Part shown: positions 18,346-27,085 of the stretch, piece by piece
Position numbering within the stretch: the first letter of the stretch is position 1
Layout: each line of letters opens with the position of its first letter
DNA from: an uncultured Alphaproteobacteria bacterium
GTDB lineage: Bacteria > Pseudomonadota > Alphaproteobacteria > Rs-D84
DNA: 64,000 nt
NCBI GenBank assembly: GCA_944393245.1
Contig: CALXZM010000005.1
Span: 22,393-86,392, forward strand
Reading direction: 5' to 3'
The notes under the pieces: model-generated
What the model was told of the DNA's origin: nothing
Database searches by the model: none
What the model saw: the letters and a program-made list of their open reading frames with translations, nothing else
Translations under genes and position numbers: made by a program

Positions 18346-20826
18346 TTACATATCACACTTGTAAATACGGTTTATAACCTGGTTGATTTTATCTTGCATT
18401 AAATCAATCAAGCGTTTATTTGCATCAATAATTTCCTGTTCCGCTTCCAATTTTGCAACTATACGCTTCTGGTCGTCAATGGATGGCAATGGAATTGATA
18501 ATTGCGCAAAATTTGTTTTTGATATTTCTTTGAATGTTCCGCCAGATGCATTTTGTTCCATCTCGTGCTTTTTTTGTAACATAGCATAAGCAACATATTT
18601 TGCATCAACCACATCTTTATTTAATACAATTATATTTTTAAAGCCCTGATTTGTTGCCAACGGTATTTTTGCTAATCCAACTCTACCTATCGTGGCTCTG
18701 CTTGATACGACAATAGTGTCAACAGGTAATAATTTTGCAGACGAATGCTTTAAACCTTGTTCGGATATAGTTTTTACTGTGCTTTGAATAATATTAACAT
18801 CTTTATCATCTGTTACATCTGCTAAACTTATCCAGTTTATGCTGCCATCCCAAAATTCATCGTTTGTTGTTAATGGGGTTCCACCAGATTCAATATTGAA
18901 GTATTTTTTATCGCCCAATTTGACTTCGTTGTAATCTATGCCGTCAAGAAGGCAGGCAAAATATTGTCTCTCTCTCTCTAGATTTTTAATGATTTCACGC
19001 GCATGGTTGATTGCGGATTGCTTATTTTCGATTTCATCGACAATCTGTTGTTGCACATCCAACGGTGGGAGTGGGATATCGTAATTTTGCAACCAAACTG
19101 TGCTTAGATTCTTTTGCGCTATACCACCAGATGATTCAATACAATCGTGTTCAAATTTGTCTTGGTTTAACACACTGAAAAGATACCCTTTCAAAATTTT
19201 GGTTTCATCAGGTCTTAAACATGCAACGCGTTGATTCAATCCTGCAGGTAATAATTCCTTTGGCAACAAACCAACACGCCCGACATTACCCGTTAAAGAT
19301 ACAAGTAAGTCATTTTCGCGTAACATATAATTTTGTATTTCTGTTTGTTTGTCCAGAGGATAAAATTTTGGGTTATCATCAACAATTTCGCCTTTTTGCA
19401 CATTGGTTATACGCATTACACGAATACCTGTATCTGTATATAATTCACTTTTAAACGCATACCCATTTAACAATTCGCAAACATCACCCAATTTAACCAT
19501 TTCGTATTTACATTCACGGGTTTCTTTTTCGATATATTTCGCAGCGGTTAAATCATAATTGTTTTCTGCAATGCGTTCTTTGGATACAACCATTGCGCGT
19601 TCATAACCAGATACATCTTTACCATCACGGTATTCATTGATAATTTTTAATACTTCTGGTAAATCGTTTTGTTTGATTGGTGTGCGTTGTGCGCCCAGGG
19701 AAAAACCATCATTATCAACACGCACAAACAATATATCTTTATTTTGTTTTGCAAATGCGCGGTCAAAGAATAATATTGATGTTTTTACTCCGGCATATGG
19801 ATTAAATACCCCAGATGGTAATGATACAACCGCATATAAATAACCATCCAACATCATTTTACGCAATTCCTTATATGCGTTTGCTGTTTGAAATATAATA
19901 CCCTCGGGCACAACAAAGCCCGCACGACCATTGATTGTCAAATGTTCCATAAAATAGTCGGCAAACAAAACTTCACTGCGGTTTGCATTGATTGCGAAGC
20001 GTTTATGTGGTGTAATTCCACCCTTTGGCGTCATAAATGGTGGATTTGCCAAAATAACATCATATCGGTCACCCCAACGCGTATCATTGGACAATGTGTC
20101 GTATTCATAAATATTTGGTTGTTCAAATTTATGCAGATAAAGGTTAACCAAACTTAATTTTACCATTGTTGGGTCAATATCCAATCCAACAATGCTGTTT
20201 GTAACCCGTTTTAATTCGTCCGGTGTTAATTTACCGTCTGATGTAATGTGTTTATATGCGGAAATCAAAAATCCCGCCGTCCCACACGCAGGGTCCAATA
20301 TTGTATCGTCCTTGGTTGGTTTAACAACATCAACAATAAAATCAATTATATTGCGCGGTGTGCGGAATTGTCCGGCATTCTTTGCAGTCGCCATTTTATT
20401 CAACAAATATTCAAACGCATCACCAATCGTTTCAGAGTCGTCATATTTTAATTCATTAATTTCCTTTAAAAACAAAGCGAATGTTGTCGGGTCGCGAAAT
20501 GGTATCATTGCTTCTTTGAAAATACGGCGGAATAATTCAGGCACCGATTTTGCAATTTGTACCTTTTCCAAACCTGTCAAATACAGGTTCATCCGTTCTT
20601 GATTACCCTTGGTATTAACAATGGTTGAAAATGCGTATGGTTCCAAATCACCGACAAAAAAAGTGCGTTTGTCCGATAATTCCAATCCATCCAAATCCAT
20701 ATCGTCCATAAATTTATAAATCAATGCGGTTGTAATAATATCAACCTGTGTCTGTGGACTTGGAACTTTACCTACCAGTGTGTCGCAGGCATTATCAATG
20801 GTTTGTTTGGTTCTGGAATCCAACAT
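18346..20826 (-). CDS. hsdM: Fused type I HsdM-HsdS (N6-adenine MTase plus two TRDs)
   Basis: GQFRTP, DPACGTAGFL, NPPF, then two TRD/IPLP-coiled-coil units. Confidence 0.9.
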   Translation of the reverse strand: MLDSRTKQTIDNACDTLVGKVPSPQTQVDIITTALIYKFMDDMDLDGLELSDKRTFFVGDLEPYAFSTIVNTKGNQERMNLYLTGLEKVQIAKSVPELFRRIFKEAMIPFRDPTTFALFLKEINELKYDDSETIGDAFEYLLNKMATAKNAGQFRTPRNIIDFIVDVVKPTKDDTILDPACGTAGFLISAYKHITSDGKLTPDELKRVTNSIVGLDIDPTMVKLSLVNLYLHKFEQPNIYEYDTLSNDTRWGDRYDVILANPPFMTPKGGITPHKRFAINANRSEVLFADYFMEHLTINGRAGFVVPEGIIFQTANAYKELRKMMLDGYLYAVVSLPSGVFNPYAGVKTSILFFDRAFAKQNKDILFVRVDNDGFSLGAQRTPIKQNDLPEVLKIINEYRDGKDVSGYERAMVVSKERIAENNYDLTAAKYIEKETRECKYEMVKLGDVCELLNGYAFKSELYTDTGIRVMRITNVQKGEIVDDNPKFYPLDKQTEIQNYMLRENDLLVSLTGNVGRVGLLPKELLPAGLNQRVACLRPDETKILKGYLFSVLNQDKFEHDCIESSGGIAQKNLSTVWLQNYDIPLPPLDVQQQIVDEIENKQSAINHAREIIKNLERERQYFACLLDGIDYNEVKLGDKKYFNIESGGTPLTTNDEFWDGSINWISLADVTDDKDVNIIQSTVKTISEQGLKHSSAKLLPVDTIVVSSRATIGRVGLAKIPLATNQGFKNIIVLNKDVVDAKYVAYAMLQKKHEMEQNASGGTFKEISKTNFAQLSIPLPSIDDQKRIVAKLEAEQEIIDANKRLIDLMQDKINQVINRIYKCDM
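18967..18979 (-). repeat. (AG)6 simple repeat between TRD1 and TRD2
   Basis: TCTCTCTCTCTCT on + strand, encoding LERER. Confidence 0.8.
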
Positions 20827-20830
20827 TTCG

Positions 20831-23326
20831 CTACCCCATGTATTTATTCAAAACAATGTTTTCTTTGATGTATTCCGGTAAATTTTCGCGGATGTCTTTA
20901 CCCATCAACTTTAAATCCGTCATACTGAATCCAGGAATTTCAGCGTTAAGTCGCGGATATTCCTGTTTTTCTATTATATCACGAAATGTGTTATCTGTAA
21001 CATACAATTTTATAAAATTTTTAATTGAGGGCACTATTTCAGGCGCAGGTTTAACGATGGATATGTATTTATCGCATTCATCTTCTAACATTTCATCACG
21101 TGTTTTAAAGCGCGGTAATAAGCCAAATATATGTTCCAAAATTTCACGCCATGATAAACGACGATCTAGTTTGGTCGCTTTCTTTATCTTTTCCAAATTT
21201 GGATACAATTCTGGTTTGTTTTCATATTTTTCTTTAACCAAGGCCACCGCATAATCCCAATCGGAATTGTCGACCGCATTTTTTATGTCTGCATCGGCGC
21301 TAATTGTTTTTTGGAAATTGCCCCAGAATTCACGGTCAATACGCATGCCATTATCAGGTATAGCAAGTGTTTCCATTTGAACAAGCTTTGTAATTTCTTC
21401 TGATGTCAATGTTGTAAAGGTACGTGCCTGTCCAGAAGTTCCGGCATTAACACCCTTGGATAATTGTGGTAGCTTTAACTGCTGACCATAATCAAATTTT
21501 TCTTCAAAATATTCACAGTTTCCAAAAAAATCAAAAAGTTTAAAGTGTTCTTTTTCCTTTTTTATTTCGTTTTTATCAGCATCAATATACTTGAATGTAT
21601 ATTTTCTAGTTCCACGTCCTTTCATTTGTACAAAATCAGTTGGTGAAAATACCGGGCGCATAAATACTATATTTAATAAATCACTGCAGTCATAACCAGT
21701 TGTCATCATTCCAACAGTTACACATACACGAGTTTTGGACGTATCATAGCCCTCTAAAAATGTAGATTTTCCACCCAGATTATTACTATCTGTCATAAAC
21801 TGGTTCGTCATATCTTGGGCGTTTTGAACATTGCTGGTAACCTGAACCGCAAAATCACTGTTATATTTTCCAGGGAACGCCTGCATAGCAAACTCATTTA
21901 AAATTTGCGTTATCTTGGCAGCGTGCGATTGGCTAACACAAAATACTAATGTTTTTCCAATTTCACCACTAATTGGATCACGTTCTGCATTTTCTAAGAA
22001 TGCTTTGCAAAATACAGCATTTATATTTTCATTAAAAAAGCGTTTTTCAAAATCCTTTACAACAACATCGGCTTCGGCATCTTCGCCATTTTCATCAACA
22101 CCAATGGCATGATAGCCCTTTTCAGATAACATTTGTGTGGTTATATCTGTACGCGCATCAATGGCCATAGGAGCAACCAAATAACCATTTTTTATACCGT
22201 CAACCATTGAATATTTATATGTTGGCGTTCCGCTTTTACAACCAAATGTTTCATATGTATCCAGTAACAATCTGCGCTCAAGAGCTTTTGGGTCATTGAG
22301 CTTTATTTTATCAACATCCACATTTTTAATGTAATCACGCGGCGTCGCAGTTAAGCCCAATTTATACCCAATAAAATATTCAAATACAGCACGACTATTG
22401 CCGCCAATTGAACGATGTGCTTCGTCGGATATAATAAAATCAAAATCAGTTGGCGAAAACTTTTTATATTTATCGCTTGCCATCAATGTCTGAATAGTTG
22501 AAACAACAATATCCGCCTTGTGCCATTCTTCAGACTTTTCTTTATAAATAACAGTTATAAAATCGCACAAATAATCATTAAAATTTTTCCACGCTTGCTG
22601 TTCCAATTCAATACGGTCAACAAGGAATAAAACCCTGTGCGCATGTCCGGTGCGTAATAACATTTGAATTATTGCACCAGCCGTCAATGTTTTTCCCAAT
22701 CCAGTCGCCATTTCAATCAAAAATCTGTCTTTACCGTCTGCGATTGCTTGTTGCACTGCACGAATAGCACCAAGTTGATAATCACGCAATATACGCAAAC
22801 CATTATTCCAACAATATGCACCACGAGTTTCTGAATTCTGATATTCTGGAATGTCCAACAAACGCGGATTCTTCTGTAATGCTACATATTCTGGAATTAT
22901 ATTTTCTTTCATTATATCTTTGGCGCTTGGATCAAAACCACTGCGCATTTCCAAAGATTCTTGTGTTGGTATCTGTGTTATAATTTGAGGATTCCCAGAC
23001 TTAATATCCCACAAATAATAAATTTCACCATTTGATAAAATAACAAATCTTATAGTATGTTCAACCGCATAACGACGCGCCTGTTCTTTTGCGCTCAATG
23101 GATTTATGGACGGCTTTTTCGCCTCTATAATACACAAAGGGAAACCATTTGAATCCAACAGTTCGTAATCAGCAAATCCCACATCAACCTTTTGTTCAAC
23201 GTTCACGTTGCGCTTATGATCTGGGGTATCTGTCAAAAACCAACCCGCATCATGCAATTTCTGATTTATCTTCAATCGTGCGTACGCTTCATTGTCATCA
23301 CGCAGCTTATCAAATGTCATTGTCAC
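20831..23326 (-). CDS. hsdR: Type I restriction enzyme R subunit
   Basis: ADY...IIEAK nuclease, MATGLGKT, DEAHRS, QMKGRGTR. Confidence 0.92.
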   Translation of the reverse strand: MTMTFDKLRDDNEAYARLKINQKLHDAGWFLTDTPDHKRNVNVEQKVDVGFADYELLDSNGFPLCIIEAKKPSINPLSAKEQARRYAVEHTIRFVILSNGEIYYLWDIKSGNPQIITQIPTQESLEMRSGFDPSAKDIMKENIIPEYVALQKNPRLLDIPEYQNSETRGAYCWNNGLRILRDYQLGAIRAVQQAIADGKDRFLIEMATGLGKTLTAGAIIQMLLRTGHAHRVLFLVDRIELEQQAWKNFNDYLCDFITVIYKEKSEEWHKADIVVSTIQTLMASDKYKKFSPTDFDFIISDEAHRSIGGNSRAVFEYFIGYKLGLTATPRDYIKNVDVDKIKLNDPKALERRLLLDTYETFGCKSGTPTYKYSMVDGIKNGYLVAPMAIDARTDITTQMLSEKGYHAIGVDENGEDAEADVVVKDFEKRFFNENINAVFCKAFLENAERDPISGEIGKTLVFCVSQSHAAKITQILNEFAMQAFPGKYNSDFAVQVTSNVQNAQDMTNQFMTDSNNLGGKSTFLEGYDTSKTRVCVTVGMMTTGYDCSDLLNIVFMRPVFSPTDFVQMKGRGTRKYTFKYIDADKNEIKKEKEHFKLFDFFGNCEYFEEKFDYGQQLKLPQLSKGVNAGTSGQARTFTTLTSEEITKLVQMETLAIPDNGMRIDREFWGNFQKTISADADIKNAVDNSDWDYAVALVKEKYENKPELYPNLEKIKKATKLDRRLSWREILEHIFGLLPRFKTRDEMLEDECDKYISIVKPAPEIVPSIKNFIKLYVTDNTFRDIIEKQEYPRLNAEIPGFSMTDLKLMGKDIRENLPEYIKENIVLNKYMG

Positions 23327-23429
23327 AGCCTTTTACTTTGATAGGAATAATTCTAACAGGCAACACCCTAAAAATCAAGACACCGCTAAAACACAATCCA
23401 TTTTTTCACGCCTTTTATTTTACTATAAT

Positions 23430-23460
23430 CTTGACTTTCTTGGAAAGGTAAGCGTAAATG
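23430..23460 (+). promoter_or_regulatory. Island backbone motif, copy 1 (CTTGACTT-N12-AAGC..TAA.TG)
   Basis: Similar to copies at 25632 and 27032, each just upstream of a + strand gene. Confidence 0.55.
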
Positions 23461-23485
23461 CGGCAACTGATTAAAGGGGCGTTGA

Positions 23486-23695
23486 ATGAAGTATAAATCT
23501 TACGAAGATATCAAGCCAAACAAAATTTCTACCTGCAGTATGCTTTATTATTGTGCTTGTCGCATTTTAAATAAAATGGAGCATCGTATTAGGCGCCGTA
23601 ATGGTGGCTACCTGCCCTGCCGCGACAGAATCCTGCTACGTCGTCTGCACCGCAAAATTACCCAACTGACCGCAGTATATAAAAATAAAACATAA
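23486..23695 (+). CDS. Small basic hypothetical protein
   Basis: 69-aa ORF with AGGGG RBS, behind the backbone motif. Confidence 0.5.
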   Translation: MKYKSYEDIKPNKISTCSMLYYCACRILNKMEHRIRRRNGGYLPCRDRILLRRLHRKITQLTAVYKNKT

Positions 23696-23708
23696 TTAAA
23701 ATAACGCA

Positions 23709-25250
23709 TTATTTATGACTAGCTTTTAGCTGTCTCATAAAGCCCTTAAACTTTACATCTTCTTTATCTATCAAATCCTTAACCCTATTAAAGTGGTTTC
23801 GTAATTGTTTTTTTAGAGGGGCACTTTCCATAGTCTTAAATGCCCGCCTAGTATACGCCCAAAAATTTCGGCTACCTAAGTGAGTATACGTCTTATATAA
23901 AGTCTTTCTATACAGCTTTTCAGGAAACAAATTTATATCATATCCAGATTCTAGCAGCTTTAAAATCTTTCTTTGTGTCGCAAGACGCATAGACTTTATT
24001 CCTCGCTTTGATTTCCTCAAATATCTAGCATAACTACTACCTCTAATCCTAACATTTTTTCCATCAAACGTAAAACCTAGATATTGTAAAGGATCTTTTA
24101 AAATCTGCTCAGATGTAAAATCATAGCACCTGCTTTTAGATTTTTCTCCTTCAATAATAGGATGTATATATAAATGCTTACCACGCTCGCTAATAGCTTC
24201 CATCACAAATTTTGTAATTTGTTCCTTTTTATCTGCATCACATATTATCAAAATATCGTCAGAATAGCGTCGATACACAGCGCCATTTGATTTACAAAAA
24301 TCATTCATCTTTTTATCAAATGGAAGCATATAAATATTGGCCAACAAAGAAGATAAAGAAGATCCCTGAGGTATTCCAAAAGGATTCTCTTTATCCAAAA
24401 GCCCCGGATTAATCTCAAAAGCATATTTGCTTAGACCGCATATAGCATCGTCTTTTCCTGCCCACACATTTTTATATTGTTTATACCATTTCTTAAACTT
24501 TCTAAAATCTTCCTTATTTTTAAACAAGACTTTCGGAAGTAGTCGCCTATTCACAAACCTACAATCCACACATCCTTTTTCCACTGGATTAGCAGCCTCA
24601 CACAATATATAAATGGCCAACAATCTAACGTCTACGAAACTATAATTCGTCAAAGATTTATATATATTAAAATGATCTTCCGGCAAAAAAGAGTCTTCAA
24701 ATCCCAACAAATTTGCCCATTCTTTTTTTAGATTTTTATGATCTATATTGTCATAAAAACTTTTTATATCAAAAGCCAACGCGACGCAATTACAATTACG
24801 ATTTTTTATTTCATTAAAAACCTCATAAGCCGACGATATGTTATCAGAACACCTTTGCATATAGCTAGATTTTCTGTAAGCTATAACCACATCTCCTATA
24901 CCTAATTTCTTTACTTTGTCTTCATATTTTTCATACAAAATGGCAGCATAGTAAGAATATATTAAAGAATCCACATGCGAAGCATACCTTATGGGCCGTT
25001 TTTTTATTATCGAAGATTGCTCTGCATACTTCTTAGTTTTATCAATTTTTGAAATACGTCGCTCCAAAATATCATATCCAATAAAAGGGAAAAAGGCATG
25101 TTTTGCTATACGCTCTCTATCCTCCAAAAAAGAAATTAGCTTTTTTGCCTCAGGGAATAAACACTTTTTATCACATACATTCAAAGGATAATCAAAATGA
25201 GTATATTTTTTAGTATGCTTATTAAAAAAAGTGAGCCAGTCTATTGTCAT
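23709..25250 (-). CDS. DRT2 (UG2)-type defence-associated reverse transcriptase
   Basis: YTHFD, HAFFPFI, RPIRYASHVDSLIYSYY, FDIKSFYDNIDH, GIPQGS, YRRYSDD, LQYLGF; ATG 25250 preferred over TTG 25286, which lies inside the ncRNA hairpin. Confidence 0.9.
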   Translation of the reverse strand: MTIDWLTFFNKHTKKYTHFDYPLNVCDKKCLFPEAKKLISFLEDRERIAKHAFFPFIGYDILERRISKIDKTKKYAEQSSIIKKRPIRYASHVDSLIYSYYAAILYEKYEDKVKKLGIGDVVIAYRKSSYMQRCSDNISSAYEVFNEIKNRNCNCVALAFDIKSFYDNIDHKNLKKEWANLLGFEDSFLPEDHFNIYKSLTNYSFVDVRLLAIYILCEAANPVEKGCVDCRFVNRRLLPKVLFKNKEDFRKFKKWYKQYKNVWAGKDDAICGLSKYAFEINPGLLDKENPFGIPQGSSLSSLLANIYMLPFDKKMNDFCKSNGAVYRRYSDDILIICDADKKEQITKFVMEAISERGKHLYIHPIIEGEKSKSRCYDFTSEQILKDPLQYLGFTFDGKNVRIRGSSYARYLRKSKRGIKSMRLATQRKILKLLESGYDINLFPEKLYRKTLYKTYTHLGSRNFWAYTRRAFKTMESAPLKKQLRNHFNRVKDLIDKEDVKFKGFMRQLKASHK

Positions 25251-25264
25251 TATCTTTTCTAAAA

Positions 25265-25573
25265 CCAAACACCCGAAGGATGCCAAAGTCTGTGCAAACT
25301 ATAACGACATCCTTCGTAAGTCATTCATCAATCCAGATATATAGGATCCGCTTGTCCATCGGTTCCACAACACCACGGAAGGCACTTTTAATGTATTGCT
25401 ATATAATTATACCAGATTAAATCTGCTCAACTATATGGAGGCTATCATGTTTACTTCCCAAATTCTTGGACTTGACATGCTAACATCAACACTTGTCGTG
25501 CTTGTCATAACATTTGTCTTACGACCAATGCTTGACTTTCTTAATCAAGTTCCCCTATTACTAATAATAGGGC
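25265..25573 (-). ncRNA. DRT2 template ncRNA (~305 nt)
   Basis: 5' hairpin GCCCTATTA-TTAG-TAATAGGG (25573-25553); 3' hairpin CGAAGGATG/CATCCTTCG (25274-25316); long-range pair 25314-20/25518-24; same strand as and directly upstream of the RT. Confidence 0.8.
25395..25517 (+). other. neo: 123-nt cDNA repeat unit encoding a hidden neo-type endless ORF (41 aa per repeat)
   Basis: Bounded by TGT (ACA on the RNA) at 25392-94 and 25515-17; -10 at 25402, RBS GGAGG at 25437, ATG at 25447, -35 at 25502; concatemer is stop-free in one frame. Confidence 0.8.
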
Positions 25574-25631
25574 TATATGTATATAAGAACAGCACCACAG
25601 TATTTCAAGCCCCGAAAACAAATTTATTTAA

Positions 25632-25663
25632 CTTGACTTCCCGTGCTTTCCAAGCAGTAATTG
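25632..25663 (+). promoter_or_regulatory. Island backbone motif, copy 2
   Basis: 27/32 identical to 27032-27063. Confidence 0.65.
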
Positions 25664-25702
25664 GACAAACTTAAAAACACAGTAAAAACAAAGGAGTCCA
25701 AT

Positions 25703-25897
25703 ATGCCTAAATATCCTGATATAAAGGTTTATTTAACCAATCGTGATGGTAATGCTTTCGCTATACTTTCGCGGTGTAAAAATGCTCTGGTCTTGGCTGG
25801 GAAAGAAGATAAATGGTCAGAATTCTTGACCGAAGCCACCAGTGCCGATTATCAACACCTGCTTGTCACCGTTATGAAATGGTTTGAGGTTGAATAA
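25703..25897 (+). CDS. Small phage-type hypothetical protein (DGNAF motif)
   Basis: AAGGAG RBS; DGNAFAIL...ATSADYQHLL. Confidence 0.7.
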   Translation: MPKYPDIKVYLTNRDGNAFAILSRCKNALVLAGKEDKWSEFLTEATSADYQHLLVTVMKWFEVE

Positions 25898-26082
25898 TGT
25901 CATATAAAAATCCACCTAAATCAACCAGATTTCATATTGGTACATCTGGCAATCCGTTCGGGCGTATGCCCGTAATTACCAATAAAGACCTGTATCACAA
26001 CTTGCGTATTCTACGGGCATTGATTGATATTGCTATGCAACAGCTACGACAAAAGGGAACCAGTAATGCAACGGAAAGTTAA
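25897..26082 (+). CDS. DUF5681-like protein
   Basis: YKNPPKSTRFHIGTSGNPFGR matches the YxxPPxxxRFxxGxSGNPxGR pattern. Confidence 0.65.
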   Translation: MSYKNPPKSTRFHIGTSGNPFGRMPVITNKDLYHNLRILRALIDIAMQQLRQKGTSNATES

Positions 26083-26512
26083 AGACATTTTACCAAAAAC
26101 ATTTGAAGAGTTGAAAGCGTTATCACAAGATGAGCGAGCACGTTTATGGACACGGTATTCGCCCCACCCTTTTAAGCGACAAATGCGATCGCTTTGGTAC
26201 TATATTCAATGCGAACGCTTAAACCTGTGTATTGAGCCAAAGTTCATCAAGAAAATCAAAAAGTATAAAGATAACCCTGCCGAGTATGTAAATCGTGTAT
26301 TAAAGCATAGGTATAACATTGCGCCCGGCACAACTATCATCAGGCACTTTCGAAATATAGAACACAAGGTCCTGGTCAATTATGACAATACGTTTTTATA
26401 TAACGGGAAACAGTATCGTTCCCTATCCGCAATTGCGTCTGACATTTGTGGTGCGAAGACATCAGGACCACACTTTTTTGAACTGGATAAAAAGTTCTCT
26501 AACTTATTATAG
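26066..26512 (+). CDS. DUF2924-like protein
   Basis: PGTTIIRHF...HKVLV...FLYNGKQYRSLSAIASDICGAKTSGPHFF; upstream of a serine recombinase. Confidence 0.8.
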   Translation: MQRKVKDILPKTFEELKALSQDERARLWTRYSPHPFKRQMRSLWYYIQCERLNLCIEPKFIKKIKKYKDNPAEYVNRVLKHRYNIAPGTTIIRHFRNIEHKVLVNYDNTFLYNGKQYRSLSAIASDICGAKTSGPHFFELDKKFSNLL

Positions 26513-26514
26513 AC

Positions 26515-26973
26515 TTATTTACATTCAAATATGTTATATCTATAAATAGTGCTAGTGTGTGCACCCCAACCAGTCCAACTTGTTAGCTGATCTATACCTG
26601 CTCCCATACCTACTTGCAAAATTCCCCCCTCTTCAAATTGCGTTGGGAAAGATACATCTGAACGACTCAAAACATTTCCGCCTAGCTCAAATGCAATTTT
26701 TTCAATATCTTGATGTGTTGAACCTGATATATGTCCGAGTAAGGAACAAGTTTTCCCCTGGGGTAATCCAGAAGAATAAATATCAATTATATCATATTTA
26801 TATTCCGGTTTCTTTTCAAAAACAGAAAATGACAATGATTCAGAAGACACATAACCATCTAAAAAGCCCCCTTCGCTTTTTATTGTTTTTGTACCGTCAT
26901 AAGGATAAAATTTTGGTGGTACAGAGCATGCCGCAACTAACAAAACAAATAACAGACTACAAACATTTCTCAT
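26515..26973 (-). CDS. Putative lipoprotein
   Basis: Lipobox LVAAC after a hydrophobic signal. Confidence 0.65.
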   Translation of the reverse strand: MRNVCSLLFVLLVAACSVPPKFYPYDGTKTIKSEGGFLDGYVSSESLSFSVFEKKPEYKYDIIDIYSSGLPQGKTCSLLGHISGSTHQDIEKIAFELGGNVLSRSDVSFPTQFEEGGILQVGMGAGIDQLTSWTGWGAHTSTIYRYNIFECK

Positions 26974-27031
26974 ATCAAAACCTCTTCATACGGATTATAA
27001 ACCTATCAATTAAATAAAACAAGTTTTATAA

Positions 27032-27063
27032 CTTGACTTTCTGTGGTTTGTAAGCAGTAATTG
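27032..27063 (+). promoter_or_regulatory. Island backbone motif, copy 3 (upstream of the recombinase)
   Basis: CTTGACTTTCTGTGGTTTGTAAGCAGTAATTG, 22 bp before the ATG. Confidence 0.65.
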
Positions 27064-27085
27064 CAACAACAAAAAGGTGTAAAAA

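Noticed and set aside
23709-25250. RT as a group II intron, retron or DGR enzyme
   Set aside because: No maturase/HNH domain, no retron VTG motif, no TR/VR pair; N-terminal motifs fit DRT2.
25472-25477. Perfect TTGACA as the neo -35
   Set aside because: No -10 at 16-18 nt spacing, either linearly or across any TGT junction.
25396-25674. 92-aa ORF as an ordinary gene
   Set aside because: It is the neo frame reading on through the antisense ncRNA; no -35 in linear context; better explained by the concatemer model.
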